From Camelus dromedarius (lineage: Eukaryota): a DNA stretch of 64,000 nucleotides. The notes under the pieces are model-generated. The model did no database searches. It was not told the origin of the DNA and was given only the letters and a program-made list of their open reading frames with translations. The stretch covers positions 31,684,001 to 31,748,000 of the forward strand of contig NC_087436.1 of assembly GCF_036321535.1 (NCBI RefSeq). Direction: 5' to 3'. Of the stretch, positions 1-11,981 are shown one piece after another (positions within the stretch are counted from its first letter, which is position 1; each line of letters begins with the position of its first letter). The translations under genes and the position numbers were made by a program.

Positions 1-763
1 CTATATTTTAGTAGCAGGACACTGGTATGCCAATATTCTGTCTTTTTGTAGAGCAGGAGTGACAAAGCAGTCTTGTCAGTGGGAGAAGACACAGGTTACT
101 TGGCCAGGCAGTTTGGATTTAGAGGGTTCCTGTGTGTAGGGTTTTGCTGAAAATGTGAGCTGCCTAGCACCTAGAGACCTTGTGAATCATGGGATGTTAC
201 AGCCTTTGTTGTAAGTGGAAGCCCAGTCTCACAGGAAGCAGAACATGGGTATAACCACTTCTGCTAGGGAAAGGGAAACCATTTCAGCTAGATCATCTTC
301 TAGTTAACATAGAGTGAGATTCTGGAGTCACTTGCAGATAGTTCTTCTCATTGCACCACAGCATGTATCTGTACTGTTGAATATTGCAATACAGAATTAT
401 CTTGAAGGTATTCATTAAAGAATCAAAGCATTTGTCTCTAAATGGTGACACTTAAGAGTGTTTTTTTTTAACTTCAGCTATTTTACATCTCTTTCTAAAA
501 CATTAAAACTCTTTAAAAAGCTTACAATGAGCATGAATAATTTCAAAATTAAGTAATTATTTTATGTTATTTTTCATCATCTTATTTTGTAAATGTGAAG
601 TAACCAAAATTAATTATTGATATGTTTTAATGTTACAGTGGGAACAGATGAACACATGATCATGGATTTTTATTTCTCATCATTTATTTCAGTTTCTAAA
701 CTGTGTAATTTCTTAAGACAATTTCCTTCTGTAAGGTAGTATACATATAAGCCTCTTCTGCAG

Positions 764-909
764 ATTTACCATGAAGGCAGAATAAATGAAAGTGATTACA
801 GAAAACTGGAAGAAATGCACCAAAGATGCCTGGTTGCAGAGTGTTCAAAAGATGATCTTCAGCTAAGACTTAAGACCGCAGAAAATAAAATCAAACAACT
901 TGAAATGAA
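764..909 (+). CDS. SCLT1: SCLT1 internal coding exon (IYHEGRINESDYRKLEEMHQRCLVAECSKDDLQLRLKTAENKIKQLEM)
   Basis: Acceptor cttctgcag|ATT, donor AA|gtaagt; 146 nt (48 codons + 2 nt). Translation matches my recollection of the SCLT1 C-terminal coiled coil. Not in the ORF track. Confidence 0.93.
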
Positions 910-1432
910 GTAAGTTACTCTTTTGGATTTTCAAAATTCAAACAATTTTGGACAGGTTTTATTTTTATACAACTCATAATTATATATTATGTTGAAAAAA
1001 AGACTGTTTCGGCCAAACAATTTTTTTCAAGATTATTTTTGAAAACTAATTTCTTCAGGAAGAAATGATTTAACAGTACTGTACCATTTTATTTGAAATT
1101 TCTTGTTTCTGGCAGTTAAATAGAATGTTCATGAGATCTTTTTTTTTTCATGGTAACTGTACAGCTATTAAGGAGCTCACTTATAATTATTGCTTTTATA
1201 CTCAGTTTGTATTTATATTTCTTGAGGTATTGAGTAGTCAAAAATAATCCATCATGTTTATGTATTTCATTATTTGTTAAAATGATAAACTTATAATCTG
1301 TCATATCCACACTGAATATTTCTGTACCTTCCCCCCCAGATTATTACTTAGTATAGTAAATCTTGCTTATTTTAAGTTTTATGAAGTCTCGATCTCTGTT
1401 ATAAAATATGTTTAATAGATACTTAAAAATAA

Positions 1433-2975
1433 AGAGGAGTGATATCAGCAATATGGCAGAATAGGAAGTCCCCAGCCCATATCCCTCTGCAGAAACAAAT
1501 ATTTGACAGCCATCCATGGACAAAGTGTCTTTGTGGGAGCTTTGGGGTCTAAGTAGGTGGTTGCAAAACCCCAGTGGAGCCCCAAAATGAGGAGGCAAGC
1601 CTGTGCACCAGTGGCAGGCTCCCCAGCTGTGGTCCCATGTATGAACCCAAAGCAGCCCCATCTCTCTGTGGACCTGGCTCTAAGCCTGCATGCCCAGTCC
1701 TGCACCTAGCCCCTTCCCAAGGGACCCTTGTAGGTACTCTTAGTGATTCAAAGAAGTAATCAAAAGGGAAATCAAAAGTTGAGACAAAAATAGAAACAAA
1801 ATACACCAAATTTATGGGATTCAGCAAAATCAGTTCTTAGAAGAGAGTTTATAGTGATAAATGCCTACATTAAGAAAAGAAAGATCTCAAATAAACAACC
1901 CAAGTTTATACCTCAAGAAACTAGAAAAGGAAGAAAAACCTAAGCCTAAAGTTAGGAGAAGGAAGGAAATACCAAAGATTAGAGCAGAAATAAGTAGAGA
2001 ATTTTTTAAAAATAGAAAAGGTCAAACTAAGACTTGGTCTTTTGAAAAAGTAAACAAAATTGACAACCCTTTAACTAGACTAAGAATAAAAGAAGACTCA
2101 ATAAATCAGAAATAAGAGAGGAGATATACCGGTGATACCACACAAATACAAAGGACCATAGGAGACTACTGTGAATAATGATATGCCACAACAAATTGGA
2201 CAACCTTGAAGAAATGGATAAATTCCTAGAAACATACAACCTTACAAAAGTAAATCTGAAATAGAAAATTTGAACAGACCAATTATATTAAGGATATTGA
2301 ATCAGTAGTCAAAAACCTAGGATTTTTGGAAAGTTCAGAACCAGATGACTTCACTGATGAACTGTACCACATATTTAAAGAAGATTTAATGCTAATCATT
2401 CTTAAACTCTTTCATAAAATGGAATAGGAAAGAACATTTCCAACTCATTTTACAAGGCCAGCATTAGTCTGATACCAAAGCAAGAAGACACTATAAGAAA
2501 ATAAAACTATAGGCTAATATCCCTGATGAAGATAAGTGTAAAAATCCTAAAAAACAAATAAAAACTAGCAAACCAAATTCAAGAATGCATTAAAAGGATC
2601 ATACACCATGACCAAGTGGGATTAATACCAGGGATGCAAGGATGGTTTGACATATGCAGATTAGTAAATGTGATATAACACACTAAAGAATGAAGGATAA
2701 AATTCATGTGATCATTTCAATAGATGTAGAAAAAGCATTTCACAAAATACAAATTCATGATTTAAAAAAAAACCTCAATTAGATGTAGAAGAAATGTACC
2801 TCAACGTAGTAAAGGTCATATGTAACAAACTCACAACTAATGTCATACTTAGTGGTGAAAAGCTAAAAACTTTTGCTCTAAAATCATAAACAAGACAGGG
2901 GTGCCCACTCTTGCCACTTTTATTCAACATCGTACTGTATGTCTTACAGAAATTAGACAAGGAGAAAAAGTAAAA
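1433..2975 (+). mobile_element. Degenerate L1: 5'UTR start (~1433-1740) joined to an ORF2 segment (~1745-2975)
   Basis: ORF 1861..2115 (KERSQINNPSLYLKKLEKEE...KIRAEI) is L1 ORF2-like, with RT-region remnants downstream. The 5' start resembles that at 18559. Confidence 0.85.
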
Positions 2976-3524
2976 TGTATCATCTACAGAAAAACAGATA
3001 AAGAAAAGAGGGTGTGTGTGTGCACATGTATGGAGATGGAGATATGTATATATTCTCCAGGAATCCCTCTTTTCTCTGTTTTTTCCTTACAAATAGTTTG
3101 TTGAAAAACTGAGTTGTTAGTAGAGTTTCCTCTACCTACATGCGTATATGTGGTGTCATTTACGTAGTTTTTCTGTCCCACATAGTTCCTAAAAACTAAT
3201 AACTAAATTCAGATGCTTGATCTGATTCAGCTTTCACTTTTTTTGTAAGAATTCTTCAGAGATGGTGGTATTTTGAATTTCTGTTTGGAGGCACATAATG
3301 TGTTATTATTTTTGATCTTAGCGTCTTTATGACTTTAGCATACTTTGAGGATCATTGCCTAGATCTATCATTTCATTAGGAACTTGAGACAGGAAAAAAA
3401 GGGCTACAAGTATTATGGGAATAAAGGACCTTGTATATTCCCTGTGATAGCTGTCAATGAGGGAATGTTTACAGTTACTTAATTATCTGGGATTGAAAAG
3501 ATAGAAATTTTAAAAGATAGGAAT

Positions 3525-3694
3525 GTGGGGAGGGTATAGCTCAGTAGTAGAGTGAATGACTAGCATGCACAAGGTCTTGGGTTCAATCCCCAGTACCTCC
3601 ATTAAAAAATAAATAAATAAACCTAATTACCTCCCTCCCAACAAAATTTTTAAAATAAATAAAATTAAAAATAAATAAAAATTAAAAAAAATAG
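3525..3694 (+). mobile_element. tRNA-derived SINE, camelid Vic-1-like
   Basis: GGGGAGGGTATAGCTCAGT head with A box, B box GTTCAATCC (3581-3589), AT-rich tail. Exact 11-bp TSD aagataggaat at 3514-3524 and 3695-3705. Confidence 0.9.
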
Positions 3695-4308
3695 AAGATA
3701 GGAATAAAAATTAGCAGCATATTGAAGCAGTAAACAAGTTTGGAGGTTGTGTCCCCCAGTAGTCCATTGTTGAGAAAGTTCAAGAAATGTACCTATTTAA
3801 AGTATGATAAAACAAGAAGTTTATGGAACTAGAAGTTTAGAAAAACCATTTCTAAGATATGTAACAGGAAAATATGAAATAGGTCTTATTATAATTCATA
3901 ATTTAATATAGTCAGCTAATGTGTCTTCCTACAGAGCTGATTGATGATGAAAGGAGTTTTGATTAATACTTACTTCACTTTCTTACCATTAGCTTTAGTT
4001 TGTCCCATTGAAGTCCTCTTTACACAGTGATTCTCAATGGTAGTAAAACTTTGAAAGAAGTTTCACACTGATTTTCTAGGTGAGTGATAAAAGTTCAACT
4101 GAACTATTCTTAGTTAAGATTGCTAATTAATCATATTTGCCTGGTGTAACATAACATTGTGAAACCACATAGTCTTAAGTCCACAGTGAAGAGAAATGGC
4201 TTAGAACAAAGAAAACAAGTCTATAGTATAAAATATAGGCAGATTTTCTTGACATTTACTACAGATCATTGAGTTTAAAGGTTCTTTTTGTTTTGTTTTT
4301 TTAATCAG

Positions 4309-4501
4309 TTCCTCAGAAGAGATATCACGTTGCCAAGAAATGATTCAGAAACTTCAAAATGTACTGGAGTCTGAGAGAGAAAACTGTGGATTTGTCAATG
4401 AACAAAGGCTGAAACTTCAGCAAGAAAATGAACAGTTACAGAAACAGACAGAGGATTTAAGAAAGACTGCTCTCGAGGCTCAGAAAAAAGCCAAATTAAA
4501 G
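4309..4501 (+). CDS. SCLT1: SCLT1 coding exon ((N)SSEEISRCQEMIQKLQNVLESERENC...ALEAQKKAKLK)
   Basis: Long U-rich tract ending ttaatcag|T, donor AAG|gtattt; 193 nt (1+64x3), completing the AA-T codon from the previous exon. Overlaps ORF 4340..4576. Confidence 0.95.
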
Positions 4502-5439
4502 GTATTTTCAAGACTAGTTAGAATTAAATGTGTACTTCTGAAAATCAAAATACAGAGAATATTTAGAGAGACCTAGTAAAACATTTTTAAGTTTTTTTTT
4601 GTTTCGTTTTTTGTTTTTGCCTTCTCATCAGATAGCACTAAATCATATTGCAGAGCATTAACCAGTCTTTTCTGTATTGTAGAACTTGGCAAGCATACTT
4701 GAAAATGATTGCTTTCACTATCCACACACAAAAAATCCTTTTCCAACCATGAAATGCACTGATATTTCTGCCAAAGCAATTTAAGCAGTGCTAGCAAGAC
4801 GATAGATTAGACAACTTTACAGACTGCCATCCTCTCTTCTCTCACTTTAGATAGCCTCTTGAAAATAGAGCTCTTAAAACTAGCTGTACAGAGGATGGTA
4901 CATCAGTGTGCTCTGAAAACCATTCATAGGTAGTCTAAAATTCCATGCCAGGAAGAACGCAAGGGACAAAAGTCTCCTCTAGAAAAAAATTTCCTTTTAT
5001 TTTCTCTCTCCTTTCCCCCTCTTCTTTACTCTAATGCTTACACGGTTTGACAGTAGGAACGTGACAACCTATTTGAGGGAGTTTCAAGAAGCACAGGTAC
5101 CACCATCAGCATGTTGCTTGCCTTACCCTATTCCGTGTGACTTTTGTAAAAAGTGGCATTAACTCTTTACGATAAAGATTTATATCTTCCAGTTTCATAG
5201 GAAGGATGTGAAGCAGTAGCATTACTGTTTCGCTTTGTTTTTTGTTCCTTTGAGGACTCCTAAGAAGTCACATTCCAACCCAGTTCATATTAGCATGTAT
5301 TTATTTAACACCTCCTATTACAAGTGTCCAACACTGTAGTTATTTATAAAAGCTTAAACTCTGAACAAGAGACCCTAACATATCATACAAAGAAGTTTGT
5401 AGTTTATGCTTTAGGCTGTGAGAAATCTTTTAAAAACAA

Positions 5440-6800
5440 AGGGGAAGAGTCACATTACCAGATACCAAGACTTTATATATAAAGCTGTGGTAATTAAGAC
5501 AGTGTGTAATTGACATAAGAATAATCAGTGTGATCAATAGGACAAAATAGAATTCAGGAACAAAACCTTTTCTCATAATCACCTCGTTTATACAAAGGCA
5601 TCACTGAAGTTCAATAGGGAAAGAATTGTTACAGTAGATGATGCCATCTCAGTTGGGTCCATATTTTTTAAACACAACAAAAAGAGCACTAATCATATTG
5701 AAAAGATAGATGAATTGGATTTCATTAAAATTAAGATTTTTAAGTGATTTAGAGGGACACCATTAAAAGAGTGAGAAGTGGGAAAAAATATTTATAAGAT
5801 ATATAACCAAAAGAAGGGGACTCATATTCACAATATAAAAATGTTTACCAATAATGAAATAATTATTAAGGAAAAAACAGACACCCCATTTCCAAAAATG
5901 GGCAAAAGAATTAAATAGGCATGTTATAAAAGAGAATATATGAAAAAATGTTCAACTTAATTATTTATCAGGGAAATATAATTAAAACTACAATGAGGTA
6001 CTACTGCATACCTTCCAGAATGGCTAAAATTTTTAAAGCTGACAGTATCAAGTGTTGACATAGATGTTACTTTCATATGTTATTTTGGGGAATATAAATT
6101 GGTACAACCACCATTTGGCAGTATCTTTCAAAGTTGGACATACATAAATACTATGCCAAATATAATAATAAAACTGGCTACATACCCAACAGATATTAGT
6201 GCTTATGTTAATCAAAATGTGCACAAAAATATTCATAGAAGTTTTAATCATATCAGAATACTGGAAACAACTCAAATGTCCATCAACTTGAGATGATACA
6301 AATACATTGTAGTATGTTCATACAACGGAACAGATGCAGCAACGAGAAAGAATGAGCTATGTCTATAAACAATGGTCGATGAGTCTCAGACATAATGTTG
6401 GACAAAGAAGCCAGACAAAAAAATTATAGTCCCTTAATTTCATTATATGAAAGTGAAGAATAGGATGGGATCAGAATAGCGGTAACATTTTAGGTGGGTG
6501 AATATTGACATAAGGGCACATGAGGAAGCCTCCTGAGAGTCCTAAATCTGGATGGTGACTCTGGTGTTTTTACACATGTGAAAATTGAGTTATTCCCTTA
6601 AGGTTTATGTACTTCATTGTAAGAGAGAGAAATCATGGCAGAGGAAAGTGGGTAGGATTATAAGTAAAATAAGAGTGGCTGTGAGTTTGTTGTGGATTAT
6701 GGAAGCTGGATGATAAGCATATAGGGACTCACTGTGATAGTCTTTCTATTTTGTGTATGCTTCAAAGTTCCCATTTTGAAGCATTTCCAGAATTTTTAAA
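5440..6800 (+). mobile_element. Ancient L1 (L1MC/MD/ME-like), ORF2 3' part and 3'UTR
   Basis: Recognisable L1 motifs (aaagctgtggtaattaagacagtg, tggtacaaccaccatttggca, aaatgtccatcaac), heavily decayed. Confidence 0.75.
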
Positions 6801-7031
6801 AAGTGTATTTTGGTGAAAAAAAAAAGTTAAACCTTCATCTTATATTTTAAATTTCATATTATAAATTTCATATGGATTAATAACTTAAAACTATTAAAGA
6901 TACTATAAAACATTAATAGGGAATGAAGGTGAATATTTAACTGACAGATGGGAAAGAACTTTTTCAGCAAAACCAAAAATGGAAGAAATTACAAAAGAAT
7001 AAATATGTTGATAGATTTGAATATGTAAGAG

Positions 7032-7178
7032 TTTTTTTAAATTTATTTTATTTATTTTATTTTTAGGGGGGAGGTAATTAGGTTTGTTTGTTTATTTTTA
7101 GAGGATGTACTGGGGACTGAACCCAGGACCTCATGTGTGCTAAGCAAGCGCTCTACTACTAGAGCTATACCCTCCCCC
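7032..7178 (-). mobile_element. tRNA-derived SINE, camelid Vic-1-like
   Basis: Reverse complement of the same family as 3525-3694 (gagctataccctccccc; aggtaattaggttt); imperfect TSD aatatgtaag / aatatataag. Confidence 0.9.
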
Positions 7179-10149
7179 AAATATATAAGGTTTGTAAACA
7201 TTTAAAACACTTTTTAAAATATCTTAAAAAGAAATAACTGGAAGATGTAGTTTTAATAAATATGACAAAAGACAAAGATCATGAGGAGCTCTTAAAAATA
7301 TAAAAGAAAAATATTTGCAACCCGGGAGGACAACGTGTATGATGCATGAACAGAACTCACAAGCTAAGAAAACAAATTACTAATAAACTTTTTAAAAGTT
7401 TAACTCACTGTTAACTACAGTGTTATCAGTGTGAGTGAATGTGCAGCTGCAAGTATAAAATGGTATAAATTTAGAGTCTAACATTTAGTCATAAAATAAT
7501 TAGTGTCTCATAATTAAAGAAATTCATTGCAGCATTAGTTATATTAACAAATTAGAAACAATCCATCTAGAAATAAACAGTTAAATTATGGCACATCTAT
7601 AAAATGCTATATTGAGTCATCATTAAAAACAATGTTTCCAAACAATTTATAATGCATTTATATTGTTAAGTCGTAAGTTTTAAAAAAAAGAAAAAATGTG
7701 CATATATATTTATATGTTGTAATCCTACATACACTAATCTCAACTTAAAAATTTATAAACAGAAATTATGTAGAAGTTAGAGGTAGTTATCTCTGCGTTG
7801 TAGATTACAGAAACCTTATATTTGTCTTTTTAACTTTTTGTATTTTCCATTATTTTACAATATACTTATGTTTTGGGCTTTGCATTTTTATAGTGGGGAA
7901 GAGAGGAATGAATGAATTTCCCCTACTTGGTACTCCATTTGATCTATCTTTAACAGTTCAGGATAGTAACTGAAGTTTCTTGGAAAGCAAAAAGATGGCA
8001 GAAATCTTATCTACCAAAAATGCTCCCTTTTGCCAAATCTGCATCTAGTGGAAGAGAAGAATCATTGGTAAATAAGAGACAGATTCTCTTAAATAGTTAG
8101 CTGTAATTCTATTTTGTGGAGGAGGGCTGTCAGATAAATGGCTGCTTTGTAGCTGATTCCTTCTCTGACAACATGAGAACCTAGTACTACACTTTCCTGC
8201 TTTTCTCCCCCTTGAAAGAGAGTGTGATCCTCCATAGATCAACTGAAAGGAGCCAAAGCCTCTCCATATCTTTGTGGTCTAAATACCCCTCATAAGAATG
8301 TAAAATTAGGAAATAGACAGTTTATAGTAATCCTTTACTGGAGTCAGTAGTTTTCTACAGTGGAGGGACACAAAGGAGAAGATAGGAAGACCATAAATTC
8401 TATTTTTCTTACCCTGAATTGAATCATTCTTGGGACTTTTATTGTTATAGGGAACCTAGTTGTTTCAGCCCTTATCTTCCAACAGCGCTCCAGACCTGTC
8501 CAGTTTAACAGTTGGAATTGTATCAGGTAAATGATCTGGGGTTTGTTTAAAGACCAAGTTTTGATACCAGGAAGCTAGCATTCATTCAGTCTACAGATAA
8601 AAATTTTTGACATCCTTACTATGTTTCAGGTGCTGAAGATACAATAGTAAGCAAAAAAGACATGGTCCCCACCCTTAAAAACATATTATTTGCTTAGAGA
8701 TGGGCAAACTTTAAATGTATATTTACAAATAAATGCTCTTTAGGAAAAGCATGGGAGAGCTTATAACATAGGGACCTGACTTTTTCTAGATAGATGGTAA
8801 GAGAATTTCCTGTAGGAGCAGTAATTGGGCTGAATTCTAAAATTTCAATAGAAATAACTAAGATAAGCAGGACAGGAAAGATTATTCCAAGCAAAGGGAA
8901 CCATATGTGAAAAAGACCGAAGAATGGGAAGGCATTGTGGCAGAAACAAAGAAAGGGAAAGGAATAGTAGCATAACACAAACTTACAGAAGTAGGTAGAG
9001 ACCAGGTTATCACGAAGGACCTTAGAACAAGGCTTGTCAGACTGCAAGTAGATTTTCTAAGTGGAAATGGGGAGTTAATTAGGCAGGCAGTTCTAAAACT
9101 ATACAGATTCATAGACCAGTTTTCAATACATATGTGAGAGAGAGACAGACAGACAGAATTAAACACTTCCACCTAAGATATCAGAACCATGGCTTCTGTG
9201 GAAAACGTGGAGATTGAGACAGGGAAGGCTGTTCAGTTCTAGATTTGCAGAATTCAATAATTCAAAAATTAGTTAAATAGAGGAGTCAAAGAGCCTTAGG
9301 AGATTTGCACTGCAGTTATAAAATACAAAATTAATAAATCCAAAGTGGTTTTTCCAGTGTCAGTATTTACAAAGTAAAATTTCTACTTGTGTACCATTTG
9401 AGAAAGCAAATTTAAGAGTTTTAGGAAGCATGTTGCGTTTAGCAGTGGTAGTAAGGACAGGTTGTTTGCAGTTTCCCCCCATGAGCCTTAGATTTTGCTA
9501 TTGTTGGGTTTTCTTTGGTATTTTTTGAATTGGTAAAATTGAGTTCCTTTTTCATTCTTTTTTGAGTTTGAAAGTAGCCATATTTAATACATTACTAGAA
9601 GCCTTGCCAGCTGTGACCAATTTTAAAGAAACTTAGTTTAAAATATCATAAGGTAGGTATTCTTTATAATATTTCTTCAGTGTAGCAAGATGAAGATGGA
9701 TTGAGAATATAACAAAGAAATTGTTCTAGTCACTGTTTAACTATTTTCTCGGCTGTCTCAAGTATGGCAATAGGTAGTTTGATTCTAGACGGATACAAGA
9801 GAAGACAGTTCATTACATGTTTTGATTGTTTTAGGGTATTAGGCTTAATTCTGTCTGTGAACCCCAGTTGAGAAAGCTTTTGTTTGTATGTTCATTCTGC
9901 ATTAAGGCATTTTTACTATAATGACAGACATAACCTACAAATAACTAAAGGCATTTCCAAATGAGTTTCTCAAAGTCATTATAGTCTTTTCATGAAAAAA
10001 CAAAAGCAAAAAAGCAACACATCATTCATTTACACTAACTGAAGTGGTAAAGGGATTTCTATATATGATTTTCTTTGACTTTACAAAGCCCTTTGAAAGA
10101 CAATCTGAAATTTATTATGTAAATCAAAAGTAACTTGAAGACCTTCTAA

Positions 10150-10306
10150 GAGGAGCTTCTGATGAACACGTCAGGGTGCTGGGAGGGTGGCATACATGGA
10201 GAGGGCATGGAAACTCCAGACACACCCTACATCCTGTACCTTGCTGTGTGTGACTCTTCTATTTAGCTGTTCTAGAGTCGTAGCCTTTATAATAAACCAG
10301 TAAACA
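10150..10306 (+). mobile_element. MER21-like ERVL LTR fragment
   Basis: gtgctgggagggtggca...gagagggcatggaaactcc...cctttataataaaccagtaaac matches the recalled MER21 consensus. Confidence 0.7.
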
Positions 10307-10682
10307 CTTTTTTTTTTAAATGGCTTGAGTAAAAACCTAAATTTCAGTTACTGAGAGCATGAACATTTTCTGTGTTTTCTGGCAACAAAAATAAAAATAG
10401 GTAAGAGCAGTTTTGTATTCCATAGTATACTTTTTTCCTACTGGTGTTTTAAGGTGTTGGGGCAAGTGTTGAAAAATTTGTAGCCCAAAATTTATATTAT
10501 AATACAAAATAAGTCTTCATATGTTTGGAGACAATTTGTAAACCTAATTTTTATATAGATTTCTCACCAAATATTTCTGTGCAGCAGACAACACAGTGAT
10601 TCCTTTTGTATATATCATTGATCATTATATCTCCTAGGGTAACAGAAAGGAAAAAAAATACTATGTTCATTTTATTCCTTAG

Positions 10683-10879
10683 ATCAGTACAATGGAACAT
10701 GAATTTTCAATAAAGGAACATGGGTTTGAAGTTCAACTGAGAGAGTTAGAAGATAGTAATCGAAATTCCACTGTTGAACTGAGGCATCTCTTAGTGACTC
10801 AACAGAAGGCAGCCAACAGGTGGAAAGAAGAAACGAAGAAACTCACTGAAAGTGCAGAAATTAGGATCAGCAATCTAAA
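10683..10879 (+). CDS. SCLT1: SCLT1 coding exon (ISTMEHEFSIKEHGFEVQLRELEDSNRN...SAEIRISNL)
   Basis: Acceptor tttattccttag|ATC, donor AA|gtaagt; 197 nt (65x3+2). Overlaps ORF 10692..10883. Confidence 0.95.
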
Positions 10880-11159
10880 GTAAGTCCACTATTAATTGTT
10901 TGATACATTTTATAGAAGAAATTATTGAATAATTTAGTTTAATGTCCTTGCCATAATATTTTGTAAAAATGTTTGTCTGGACCTTGTACTTTTATTTTTT
11001 ATTCAGCAAATATTTATTGAACTACTATGAAAAATACTAAGCATTATAAACCAAACTAATATGTTTTATAAAGTTTATTAATATTACACAGAATTTAAGG
11101 ATTTTTGTTGGATATGGCAGTTTTGAATCTCAACACCTTTTGCATATAGGTATAGCACA

Positions 11160-11252
11160 ATGGTTGTCTATAGTTATAACAGAATCCATTTGACCTACAA
11201 AGCCTAAAATATTTGTTCTCTGGTCCTTTAAGAAAAAAATTGCTGACCCTTG
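11160..11252 (+). mobile_element. MER58-like hAT-Charlie end fragment
   Basis: caaagcctaaaatattt...tggtcctttaagaaaaaaattgctgacccttg. Confidence 0.6.
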
Positions 11253-11819
11253 CCCAGAAAGAACTTGAGCATTTATGATGAATGAAATGGGAAGCCATGA
11301 AAGACTTGTAGCAAAGTGATATGGTCAGGCTTCAGTGTTCAACAAATCAGTTTAGCTGCTATAGAAAAAATAGACTAGAGAGGGTCAAGGGCAGAAGAGA
11401 GAAGGTAGGCCAATACTGCAATAATCCAGTTATAAAGTGATGGTAACTTGGATTAAGGTTTGAAGAGTTGGAAATTATATTTTTTATAAAAGTATACTCT
11501 GGATCATGTTCAGTATGAGCTACCTAAAAGACATTTAAGTCAGGATATTGACTCATTAGTTAGGTATGTAAGTTTGGAGTTCAGGAAGGAGACTGCAAGA
11601 CGAGCTATGAATTTGGGAGTCATTAACATACACATGATTTTTAAAGTATTGGAATAAGAATGTATAGAAGGGAAATCTAGATAGATAATTAAGCTGTCTG
11701 AGGACTAAGTTCCAAAAGTTAAAGTTTGGGGAGATGAAAATTCCACTGAGACTAAAAGAAAGAATATTGAGAGAAATAATCAGGAAAGAATGCTAATTTA
11801 AAAAAGAGAGAATGAGCAA

Positions 11820-11978
11820 TAATAATAGTAGGTGATAATTTACATTTTACTGGCAGAGAAACTGAGGGCCAAGGGAGGTTAAGAAACTTGTTCAAGGTCA
11901 CATAGCTCATAAAGTGACAGATCCTGGTTTTAAATTCAGGCACTTTGGATAAAGACAATATGCTCTTAACCATTATGT
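11820..11978 (-). mobile_element. MIR SINE
   Basis: Core gagaaactgagggccaagggaggttaagaaacttgttcaaggtcacatagct. Confidence 0.8.
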
Positions 11979-11981
11979 TTT

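Noticed and set aside
3527..3600. tRNA-like sequence with A and B boxes
   Set aside because: It has an AT-rich tail, a TSD and a second diverged copy at 7032-7178, so it is a SINE head rather than a tRNA gene.
4502..4576. ORF extension beyond the SCLT1 exon (VFSRLVRIK...)
   Set aside because: Read-through into the intron past the AAG|gtattt donor; the spliced frame continues correctly at 10683.
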